Below are positions 13,881 through 21,610 of a stretch of 24,000 bases of DNA, piece by piece; position 1 is the first letter of the stretch; each line of letters begins with the position of its first letter. The notes below the pieces were generated by a model. That model did not search any database, was not told the origin of the DNA, and worked only from the letters and a program-made list of their open reading frames with translations. Source of the DNA: Parcubacteria group bacterium (GTDB lineage Bacteria; Patescibacteriota; Minisyncoccia; JACPCQ01); NCBI GenBank assembly GCA_016179715.1, contig JACPCQ010000048.1:2606-26605 (forward strand), in the 5' to 3' direction. Both the position numbers and the translations under genes were made by a program.

Positions 13881-14061
13881 CTAGAGCATGTTCAAAAATT
13901 ATTGCGTCGCGAGAGCTTTCGTGATGTTCTGTGGCAAGGAAGGCAAGAAAAATGATGTGAGGCGTAGTCGAACTACGGTGAACATCATTTTTTGCAGACT
14001 GACAAAGCCGGAGGGCATCACGAAGGCTCGTAGTAGTCAATGGTTTTTGAACGTGCTCTAG
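13881..14061. repeat. 181-bp nested imperfect palindrome (long hairpin element)
   Basis: Outer arms are CTAGAGCATGTTCAAAAA (13881-13898) and TTTTTGAACGTGCTCTAG (14044-14061). Inner pairs are TTCGTGATG/CATCACGAA (13918-13926 / 14016-24), AAAAATGATGT/ACATCATTTTT (13948-58 / 13982-92) and CGTAGT-CGA-ACTACG (13963-77). Confidence 0.8.
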
Positions 14062-14588
14062 AAAGTGTACGTCCGTAGTATACGGTAATCGGTTCTCTTC
14101 GGCAACCGCACGGATTCCATCAGGACAAATGCGTTCACGGTGTCTTCCCATGCAATGGATTGCGGGAGAGCGTTTGCGGGGAAAATGGCGGCATCTTCGG
14201 GCTTCAGAAACGCGAGCGTGATGTGCATGCGAAAGGCAAATGACGCCGCAGGTACGGCAACCGCCCGCGCAAGGGCGCGTTTGAGGAGCAGAAGTTTTTG
14301 CGGAGCCCGGCCTTCTGCCCAAATGAAGCGGTGATCTCGCGGGCTGGGCCCGCAGACTATTTTGGAAAAAGAAACGGAAAACGGACGTGATTTTTTCGCT
14401 ATGGACGTAAGGGCGGCATCATAACGCGCAACGTTTTTCTCCAGTCACGGGGGGACAAGAGTAATGTGCAGGTTTTTTAAGCGCTGCGGGCGTACGGGAA
14501 ATTGCGCGTGTTTGCGCAGCCAGCTCTGTGCTGCGGATTGCAGCTTTTCGGATGCGCCTATAGCAAGAAAGAGGCGATGGCCGGCCAT
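14058..14588 (-). pseudogene. thpR: RNA 2',3'-cyclic phosphodiesterase / 2'-5' RNA ligase (ThpR/LigT, 2H phosphoesterase) interrupted by one in-frame TGA
   Basis: One frame from ATG 14588 to TAG 14058 (176 codons). It reads RLFLAIG...NLHITLVPP-TGA(14445-14447)-LEKNV...GPSPRDHRFIWAEG...FRMHITLAFL. Both HxT motifs are present. The ORF track shows only spurious out-of-frame ORFs here. Confidence 0.8.
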
Positions 14589-14600
14589 AAAATTACCGGA

Positions 14601-15047
14601 CTATTTGCTAAGCTTTCTCCATAGCCAGACAACGGCTAATATGCCGACAACGAGCCAAACGAGAGACAAAAGCATCATCATCCAGAACCAAAGTCCCGCC
14701 GCTCCTGCCATCCCCTGCCACATATGCCCTCCGGAAAAACGTGTTTGCGCAAAGATGCCGGCACGGGACATGCGATTCATCATCATGCCGTACGGCCCGG
14801 GATATTCTTCCATCAGGGTTATCATCCGCCGCGCTTCCTCTTGCGTCATGTCTCCCTGCATCATCTTCTCCGCCAGGCCTTCCATTTCCTCGTGCACGGC
14901 ATCTCCCAGCGCTTGGTCTTCAATACCGCGCATCATATCCGCACCAGTTTCTGCCTTGCTGAAATCCATCATGCTTCCCACGTGCGCATAACCAATAAAT
15001 GGGACGAGGAGTAGCGACAGCGTTACGGCAAAAAATATTTTTTTCAT
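14601..15047 (-). CDS. Met/His-rich exported, C-terminally membrane-anchored protein (putative Cu(I)-binding)
   Basis: Signal peptide MKKIFFAVTLSLLLVPFIGYA. Many Met clusters (SMMD, ADMMRG, EKMMQGDM, GMMMNRM, GGHMWQGM). C-terminal TM. It lies immediately downstream of copA. Confidence 0.75.
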   Translation of the reverse strand: MKKIFFAVTLSLLLVPFIGYAHVGSMMDFSKAETGADMMRGIEDQALGDAVHEEMEGLAEKMMQGDMTQEEARRMITLMEEYPGPYGMMMNRMSRAGIFAQTRFSGGHMWQGMAGAAGLWFWMMMLLSLVWLVVGILAVVWLWRKLSK

Positions 15048-15097
15048 AAAATATATTACCCCAAATAATACGACCTCATACGACCTTTTAAAATAAC

Positions 15098-17641
15098 TTA
15101 TTCTGCTTTTAATCTTAACGAGTTTAAAACGACGCTGATGCTGGAGAAAGCCATTGCGGCAGCGGCAAAAATCGGGTTGAGCAAAATCCCAAAAAACGGA
15201 TACAAAAGCCCTGCGGCGACCGGAATGAATGCGGAATTATAAAAAAACGCCCAAAAAAGGTTCTGTTTTATTATTTTCATTGTCCTCTTAGAGAGTTTTA
15301 TTGTTTCGGGAATAAGCATTAAATCTCCGCGCATCAGCGTGATATTGGCCGCCTCCATCGCGATGTCTGTGCCTTCTCCCATTGCGATACCGACATGTGC
15401 TTGCGTGAGTGCCGGCGCATCATTGATGCCGTCGCCAATCATTGCAACAATCTTTCCTTTATTTTGAAGTTCCCGCACCTTTTCAGATTTTTTATCAGGA
15501 AGGACCTCGCTCATTACATTTTCTATTCCCGCCTGAGCCGCAATGGCCCGGGCCGTGCGGTCATTATCCCCCGTAAGCATCCAGACATCTAGCCCGCTTT
15601 CTTTCAAGGTTTTTACTGCTTTGATTGATTCTTTTTTTAGCACGTCAGCAACGGCAAGCGCGCCTTTGATTTGCTTATCAACAACAAGAAGCATCACTGT
15701 CTTGCCTTCGCTTTCAAGACCCATAATTTTATTTTCATACGGAGTGGTATCCAGGCCTATTTCTTGGATTAAGGCCCTATTACCAAGGTATGCCTCTACT
15801 CTTCGGGAATCAATCCGCAAAAAACCGCGCAATCCTTTTCCGGAAATCGCTTTAAAATCTTCCAGTTTATACAATTCAAGATTTTCTTTTTTTGCCTCGT
15901 CTATTATTGCTTTGTCTAATGGGTGTGAAGATTTTTGGTCTAACGACGCGGCATATTGCAAAATCGCTTTAGCTAACGGGTGTTCGGATCTTTGCTCCAA
16001 TGACGCGGCAAAGTGAAGCACTTGCGCTTTGTTTCCGTTATCAAACGCAATAATATCGGTTAACTGCGGTTTTCCTTGAGTAAGTGTGCCGGTTTTATCC
16101 AAAACTATCGTGTCAATGCCGCCGGCAATTTCAAGCGAAGCCGCGTCTCTGACAAGAATTCCCTTGGTTGCCGCACTTCCGGAAGAAACCATAATAGCCA
16201 TAGGGGTCGCGAGACCAAGCGCGCAAGGACAAGCAATAATCAGAACCGCCACAAAATTAATTAGGGCAAAATTAAATGCAGGCACAGGTCCAAAAAAGAA
16301 CCAAACAACAAAAGTGAGAACGGCAATACCAATGACCGCGGGCACGAAATATGAAGAAACCAGATCGGCGAGGCGCTGAATCGGCGCTTTTGACCCCTGC
16401 GCTTCCTCCACCATCTTAATTATCCGAGAAAGTACGGTGTCCTTGCCCACTTTTGTCGTGTAAAAAGTGAACGTTCCGAATTTGTTCACCGTACTGCCAA
16501 TGACCGCATGTCCAATTGTTTTATGCACCGGCATTGATTCTCCCGTTACCATTGATTCATCAATTTCCGAATCACCCTCGGTAATTTTTCCATCTACAGG
16601 CACCCTTTCACCCGGACGCACAATCACCAAGTCTCCGACGCTGACGTCTGAAATCGGTATCTCAATTTCTTTTCCGTTCTTCAAAATTGTAGCGGTTTTT
16701 GGCTGTAGCCCAATAAGTTTTTTTATCGCCTCCGAAGCTCTCCCCTTCATCAATATCTCAAAATATTTTCCTAAAAGAATTAAAACGATAATGATGGCTG
16801 AGGTATCAAAATAAATTTTTGGCGCGACTCCGCCTCGTCCAAGAAACGCCGGAAAAATTGTCACAGCCGTGCTATAAAAGTATGCCGCCAATGTGCCAAT
16901 GGCAATCAGCGTGTTCATGTCAGCGGTGCGGTATTTTACCAACAGCTTGAGTCCTGCGTAAAACTGCCAGCCGACCCAGAACTGCACGGGGGTGGTTAAA
17001 ATAAGAAGAACCCAGTTATTGTTTAAAATTCTTGGCACAAAAGAGAACCACTCCGGAAAACTGCCGAAAAATATAAAGAGAGAAAGAACGCCGCCAACGA
17101 CAAGTTTCGTTTTAAGTGTTTTTAGTTGTTTTTCACGTTCAAGCTTTTCTTTGTCTAAAACCTCTTCGGCCTCACCTTCTTCCATAATCGGTTTATAGCC
17201 GGCATCGGTAATAACTTTAAAAATTTCGTTGACGGTAAGTATATTGCGGCTAAACACAACCCTTGCCCGCTGATTTGAAAAATCTACATCAATGTTTTTA
17301 ATGCCGGGCAATTTTTTAAGCGCGCCCCCAACAACCATGGCGCAGTGGGGAGAATCCATTCCCAACACTTTTATTGAAATGGTTTCGGAATTTTTATCGT
17401 TCGCTGTTTCTTTCTTTTTCTCATCTTGAGAGTTGACTTCAAGCTTGTAGCCCGCTGATTTAACCGTTTCGGCAAGGCCTGATTCCGAAACAACGTTTTC
17501 GTCAAATTCAATAAGTGCGGATTCCAAGGCAAAATTCACCCCCACGCTTTTTACGCCGGAGGTCTTTTTAAGCACTTTTTCAATCGTACGGACACAAGAA
17601 GCGCAGTGCATTCCTTGAATTTTGTATGTTTTCTTCTTCAT
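15098..17641 (-). CDS. copA: Copper-translocating P1B-type ATPase with two N-terminal HMA domains
   Basis: GMHCASC (HMA1), a degenerate HMA2 (GMDSPHCAM), TGES, CPC (ACPCALGLATP), DKTGTLT, SEHPL (duplicated), GDGINDAP. Confidence 0.95.
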   Translation of the reverse strand: MKKKTYKIQGMHCASCVRTIEKVLKKTSGVKSVGVNFALESALIEFDENVVSESGLAETVKSAGYKLEVNSQDEKKKETANDKNSETISIKVLGMDSPHCAMVVGGALKKLPGIKNIDVDFSNQRARVVFSRNILTVNEIFKVITDAGYKPIMEEGEAEEVLDKEKLEREKQLKTLKTKLVVGGVLSLFIFFGSFPEWFSFVPRILNNNWVLLILTTPVQFWVGWQFYAGLKLLVKYRTADMNTLIAIGTLAAYFYSTAVTIFPAFLGRGGVAPKIYFDTSAIIIVLILLGKYFEILMKGRASEAIKKLIGLQPKTATILKNGKEIEIPISDVSVGDLVIVRPGERVPVDGKITEGDSEIDESMVTGESMPVHKTIGHAVIGSTVNKFGTFTFYTTKVGKDTVLSRIIKMVEEAQGSKAPIQRLADLVSSYFVPAVIGIAVLTFVVWFFFGPVPAFNFALINFVAVLIIACPCALGLATPMAIMVSSGSAATKGILVRDAASLEIAGGIDTIVLDKTGTLTQGKPQLTDIIAFDNGNKAQVLHFAASLEQRSEHPLAKAILQYAASLDQKSSHPLDKAIIDEAKKENLELYKLEDFKAISGKGLRGFLRIDSRRVEAYLGNRALIQEIGLDTTPYENKIMGLESEGKTVMLLVVDKQIKGALAVADVLKKESIKAVKTLKESGLDVWMLTGDNDRTARAIAAQAGIENVMSEVLPDKKSEKVRELQNKGKIVAMIGDGINDAPALTQAHVGIAMGEGTDIAMEAANITLMRGDLMLIPETIKLSKRTMKIIKQNLFWAFFYNSAFIPVAAGLLYPFFGILLNPIFAAAAMAFSSISVVLNSLRLKAE

Positions 17642-17700
17642 TATTTTATTCTACGCCAAGTTGTGTGTTCCTGCACGCTTGACCGGAGAAATCCTAATCC

Positions 17701-17788
17701 GTACGTATTTTTTATACTCCGCAACTGCCTCCGCTGCGAGGGTTGTACGTATTTTTTATACTCCGCAACTGCCTCCGCTGCGAGGGTT
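17701..17788. repeat. Perfect 44-bp tandem duplication (x2)
   Basis: GTACGTATTTTTTATACTCCGCAACTGCCTCCGCTGCGAGGGTT at 17701-17744 is identical to 17745-17788. Copy 2 contains the last 10 codons plus the TAA of ORF 17756-18691. Confidence 0.97.
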
Positions 17789-18691
17789 AAGCGTGTCCAC
17801 TTCTGCAAGAATCTGTTGGTAACCCTGCGCGCTGGAGTAAACGGAGCCGAGAATTTCTTTCGGATTGATTTGGCGCCAATCCACACCGCGGTTTTTAAAG
17901 TATTCGGCTATCGTCAGATATGTATCAGGGAACCAATAGGCATTGACCTGCAGCGCGATTTCATACATTTTTTCTTCAGGAATGTCTTGCGAAGCCATAA
18001 GCTCCAACAATCCCAACATCGCCATGCCGTGATTACAGTCAGGAAAATAGGTTGAGTTACCACAGCATGGACGATAAATATTCTTGCTCACGCGTTCCAC
18101 TAATGCTTGTTGCGCTTCTGTGAGCGTTACAAAATGATGCGTGCTATAATGTTCCATTGCATCCCCGCGCGCCAGTGTCCACCCGCCGGTAGATGCAAAG
18201 CGGCCCGCATTTCCTCCGTATCGCGGGTTCTGCATGGGGCCGTTCTCAAGAATTTCGTTTTTATTTGCAAGCCCGAATGCCCAAAGAAGGTTCAGCAGAA
18301 AGCGCGAATTTTCTGGAGTCATGACCAGTGCGCCGTTCTCCTCCCCGTACAACAGCGCTGTTGATTCTTGGCCTAAGGCCGGGGAGTTTTGCTGTGCGTA
18401 CAGTTTGAGGAATTTTTCTTCGTCAATAACGCCGGATTCCAGCAATTTTTTGCCTAAATCTCCCCACTGCACGGGCAAGGTAACTCCCTCCGGCGGTAAA
18501 ACGGCCCGCACAAGAACGTCCCGAGGTATCGGAGACTGCTTCATCTCCCTTTCCGTAAATTGCGCCAGGACAATGCCTCCGGACAAAAGCGCTGCTGCGA
18601 AAAACAAGATATATGTCTGTCGGCGCTTCCGTCGGGTGTTTTCTTCGGCCGCACCGTGCTCATTGTTCTCTCTGGTCTGTGTTGCTGTCAT
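17756..18691 (-). CDS. N-terminally anchored extracytoplasmic protein with a PCCGNSTYFPDCNHG Cys motif (function unknown)
   Basis: Basic N-terminus plus one TM (YILFFAAALLSGGIVLA), a large soluble domain, and a C-terminal GGSCGV. It sits in an operon with the DsbD-like and DUF1573 genes. Confidence 0.8.
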   Translation of the reverse strand: MTATQTRENNEHGAAEENTRRKRRQTYILFFAAALLSGGIVLAQFTEREMKQSPIPRDVLVRAVLPPEGVTLPVQWGDLGKKLLESGVIDEEKFLKLYAQQNSPALGQESTALLYGEENGALVMTPENSRFLLNLLWAFGLANKNEILENGPMQNPRYGGNAGRFASTGGWTLARGDAMEHYSTHHFVTLTEAQQALVERVSKNIYRPCCGNSTYFPDCNHGMAMLGLLELMASQDIPEEKMYEIALQVNAYWFPDTYLTIAEYFKNRGVDWRQINPKEILGSVYSSAQGYQQILAEVDTLNPRSGGSCGV

Positions 18692-19556
18692 ATTTTTTTC
18701 TATTGTTCAATCTTCTTGCTTTCAATAAAAAGAAAAAGAAAAGTCCGACAATGAGCATCCCCCAAAGAGCATCCGGGGCCCGCTCAAGCCCCGCAAAGGC
18801 GCGCAGAGACCACGCGTTCAGTGTCTTCCCTACTTCCGACTGGACGGCGGGAGCCCAGAATGCGTTCCCTGTGGACGCAAGGGACAGAAGAACGATACCC
18901 ATCACGAAGAATATTCCTGCTGCGAAGATGTTGGTGGAATGTACCGTCAGCGTCTTTGTCCCAAAGCGTATGTGCAGGAGCTTCCCTCTGATAAACCGCA
19001 ATTCTTCCAGGTGAAATCTGTCATAAGCGTATGCGGCAAGAAAAAGCGGGAGGGTCATTCCGAACACATACGCAAAGGCTACAATAAGCGCTTTCCAGAA
19101 TGCGCCAGAGATGACTGCAAGCGTTATTGCTCCGGCCAGTACCGGAGCACAGCACGATGTTGCCGCTCCGGAGAAAAGGCCGAGCAAAAAGATGCTCCCC
19201 ACCCCAGACCCGCGCGCAGAGAGCGGTCTCTTTTTTGGCATCGGAATTAACGCAAAACCGCGTCCCGATACCGCAAGAACGGAAAGCCCGAACATGAGAA
19301 GCCCGCCGATGATATACAGCTCTTTGTGGAAATCCTGAAATAATTCAGCAAGCCACGCGACTCCGAGAGCAATGGGGACGAGAATGGCCGCGATCCCCGC
19401 GAAGAAAACAAGCGTCATGGCGACCATGCGCGTTTTTTTACGAAAGACGGAGGCAAGATAGGCCGGGAGCAATACGGTTACACAGCACGGGGCGAATAAC
19501 GCAACCATACCGGCAAGGAACGCGGCGATAATTGATGCGCCCAAGATAATGTCCAT
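18660..19556 (-). CDS. DsbD/CcdA-family polytopic membrane protein carrying two vicinal Cys pairs
   Basis: Multi-TM. LFAPCCVTVLLPAYL in the first helix and SGAATSCCAPVLAGA mid-protein. TGA stop. It overlaps the next gene by 32 nt. Confidence 0.8.
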   Translation of the reverse strand: MDIILGASIIAAFLAGMVALFAPCCVTVLLPAYLASVFRKKTRMVAMTLVFFAGIAAILVPIALGVAWLAELFQDFHKELYIIGGLLMFGLSVLAVSGRGFALIPMPKKRPLSARGSGVGSIFLLGLFSGAATSCCAPVLAGAITLAVISGAFWKALIVAFAYVFGMTLPLFLAAYAYDRFHLEELRFIRGKLLHIRFGTKTLTVHSTNIFAAGIFFVMGIVLLSLASTGNAFWAPAVQSEVGKTLNAWSLRAFAGLERAPDALWGMLIVGLFFFFLLKARRLNNRKKYDSNTDQREQ

Positions 19557-19562
19557 ACGCGG

Positions 19563-20060
19563 CTATTTTATGACGACGGCGCTAAAACGCAGCTCGACCT
19601 TCGGGGATTTTTGTGAATTCGTCTCCAGATAGATACTGCGTCTGGCAAGCCCGACTCCTGCCGGGCCATGTGCGGCAGGGTCAAATTCCGCCTCTACGGC
19701 CGCTTGCTCACCCGGGGCGATGATAATATTGCTGCGGGAAGGCGTTCCGTGTCCGGACATGCCGAATCTTCCGCGCGCGTTTCCGGACGCGTCGGTCACA
19801 ACGGCGGTGGTGCACATGCAGGAGGTATATACTTTTTCAATGCGTACCGGTTCGGTCCCATCGTTGGAGAGGGTAAAGCTGTGCGTGACTATCCCGTCCT
19901 GCATCGGGACGGTGCCAAAATCGAAATCATTCTCGACCGCAAGCAACACGCTAGCAGAGTACGAATCGGGAGAATCGCCGCCGCCGGTTCCCGCCAGCAC
20001 CAGCGCTGTCGCGCCCAGCAGAATAAAAAGTCCGAGCACATAGAGAATTGGCTGTTTCAT
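19563..20060 (-). CDS. DUF1573-type beta-sandwich protein, membrane-anchored/exported
   Basis: N-terminal TM/signal. FDFGTVPMQDGIVTHSFTLSNDGTEPVRIEKVYTSCMCT matches the DUF1573 pattern (FDFG...N.G..PL.I..V..SCGC). Confidence 0.85.
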   Translation of the reverse strand: MKQPILYVLGLFILLGATALVLAGTGGGDSPDSYSASVLLAVENDFDFGTVPMQDGIVTHSFTLSNDGTEPVRIEKVYTSCMCTTAVVTDASGNARGRFGMSGHGTPSRSNIIIAPGEQAAVEAEFDPAAHGPAGVGLARRSIYLETNSQKSPKVELRFSAVVIK

Positions 20061-20080
20061 ATTGTTGAAGATGCATAAAG

Positions 20081-20111
20081 CAAAAACGCCCGTTCAATCA
20101 AGAACAGGCGC
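20081..20111 (-). terminator. Rho-independent terminator after ORF 20139-20603
   Basis: Minus strand reads GCGCCTGTTC-TTGATT-GAACGGGCG (9 pairs including one G-U) followed by TTTTTG. Confidence 0.65.
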
Positions 20112-20138
20112 TTTTATAAACAGGAATAATTTGTCTTT

Positions 20139-20603
20139 TTATACAAAGACAGGAAAAAGCGCCCGGAGGTAGTGCAAGAACGGCTCGCGTCCGGCAGAGC
20201 GCGCAAACCACCGGCGCAAAAGTAACTGCGAAGAAAAAACCGAGGCAAAGGACTGCCTTTTATAAAAAAACTTTTCTGCCGCAGCGCCGGAAATTTCGCA
20301 CCGGAACCTTTTTTGCAGGAGTATCCAGAGCGCCGATAGTAAAATCGCGAGTAGGGCAAACAGCGCGGGCCCCGCAAGGACAGACTCTTCAAAAACCGCC
20401 CGGAAAGCGGCCCGCATACCGGAGACGTGGTGCTCAACAAAAGCAATGGCGTTTGCAGCCGACACGCAGTGTTCCGCAGATACCGCAGATACCGGGCAGT
20501 AGTGGCTGCTGGAATGCGGCATCATGCCGAATCCCAGCACGCCGAACAAGCTGACGGTGCCAAGAGTAACAAGAAGGATAAAGATTAAAGTTTTCTTCCG
20601 CAT
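20139..20603 (-). CDS. Hypothetical membrane protein with His/Cys cluster
   Basis: Start trimmed to MRKKTLIFILL (ATG 20603). Two hydrophobic helices. HSSSHYCPVSAVSAEHC...VEHHVSG lies between them. Confidence 0.6.
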   Translation of the reverse strand: MRKKTLIFILLVTLGTVSLFGVLGFGMMPHSSSHYCPVSAVSAEHCVSAANAIAFVEHHVSGMRAAFRAVFEESVLAGPALFALLAILLSALWILLQKRFRCEISGAAAEKFFYKRQSFASVFSSQLLLRRWFARSAGREPFLHYLRALFPVFV

Positions 20604-20653
20604 AATATAACAATACCACAAAAAAATAGAAAAGACAGTGCGCTATGCGCGTA

Positions 20654-21175
20654 CTACCCCAGTCTTTTTTTGGCAAAGACAAAAACGAGATAGCCGGTTC
20701 CGATGCCGACCAGCGCTCCTCCCAGGATGTCCGACGGGTAATGAATCCCCGCAATGATGCGGCTTACGGTCATCGCTATTGCCAAGGAGAAAAAAACAAT
20801 ACCCCACGACCTGCTATATAAAAACACGACGGTAGAGACGGCAAAGAAAAACGCCGCATGTCCCGACGGAAAAGACCAGTTGTCACTGGAGAGTAATTGG
20901 CGGATGGGAAGGGCTGTGAAGGGGCGGGGGCGATGATAAAAAAAACGGATAAGTTCGGTTATGCCCAGACGGGCTAAAATGCCGGCTAAAGCGCCAACCA
21001 GAAAGATGCGTATTTTTGCATAACGTCCGCGCACCGCGAAGGCCAGGAACAACAAAAAGACGATTCCCAAAACATAAGGAGCGGTTTGCGCAAAAAAAAC
21101 AATCAAGCCGTCAAAGATGCCGTTCCGTGCGGCAAGGCCGTTCAGAACAGTAAAAAGTTTTATGTCAAACCACAT
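20654..21175 (-). CDS. PAP2-family phosphatase (undecaprenyl-diphosphatase-like)
   Basis: PAP2 motifs KxxxxxxRP (FFYHRPRP), PSGH (FPSGHAA) and SRxxxxxHxxxD (SRIIAGIHYPSD). Confidence 0.88.
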   Translation of the reverse strand: MWFDIKLFTVLNGLAARNGIFDGLIVFFAQTAPYVLGIVFLLFLAFAVRGRYAKIRIFLVGALAGILARLGITELIRFFYHRPRPFTALPIRQLLSSDNWSFPSGHAAFFFAVSTVVFLYSRSWGIVFFSLAIAMTVSRIIAGIHYPSDILGGALVGIGTGYLVFVFAKKRLG

Positions 21176-21196
21176 ATGTTTTGTCTGTTTGAGCGC

Positions 21197-21592
21197 CTAT
21201 TTCCAGTATGGCCTGAAGTTTTCCATGTCCTCTATAAGTTTTTTTGCACTCTGGCCACGGTAGGTTATCGCTCGGTCATCCACATACACAGACGCAATCG
21301 GTTTGCCGGGGTTTGCCCCTCGCAGATTCGGATTCTTGTTAAAATAATCCACGGGGATGCCGTGCTCTTTGCAATAGGCGCGTAACTGTGCGCTCGCACG
21401 CGTTGAATAGATAAGGATTTTATGTCCCCGCTCTTTCAACAACCGGATGGCATCCACGATTTTGGCATTGGGTTTGCCGACGTGCTTGGCCCCTTTAAAG
21501 CCGTTATAATGCGCGATAACACCGTCAAAATCAAACGCATAGGTTCGTGGTTTGGGTTTTTTCATCTCTTTTAGTATATCAGAACGATTCAC
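21197..21592 (-). CDS. Small HAD-superfamily hydrolase
   Basis: Motif I FDFDGVI, STR (motif II-like), and a late YVDDR acidic motif; 131 aa. Confidence 0.8.
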   Translation of the reverse strand: MNRSDILKEMKKPKPRTYAFDFDGVIAHYNGFKGAKHVGKPNAKIVDAIRLLKERGHKILIYSTRASAQLRAYCKEHGIPVDYFNKNPNLRGANPGKPIASVYVDDRAITYRGQSAKKLIEDMENFRPYWK

Positions 21593-21610
21593 CTTACCGA
21601 AACGCGGTAC

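Noticed and set aside
13843-14322. The 159-aa minus-strand ORF, and the 64-aa plus-strand ORF at 14140-14334.
   Set aside because: They are out of frame with, or antisense to, the clearly recognisable ligT reading frame. They also run across the non-coding palindrome and have an Arg/Cys/His-rich junk composition.
14464-14991. The 175-aa plus-strand ORF, and other ORFs antisense to the Met-rich gene and ligT.
   Set aside because: They are antisense shadows of better-supported minus-strand genes, with no motifs.
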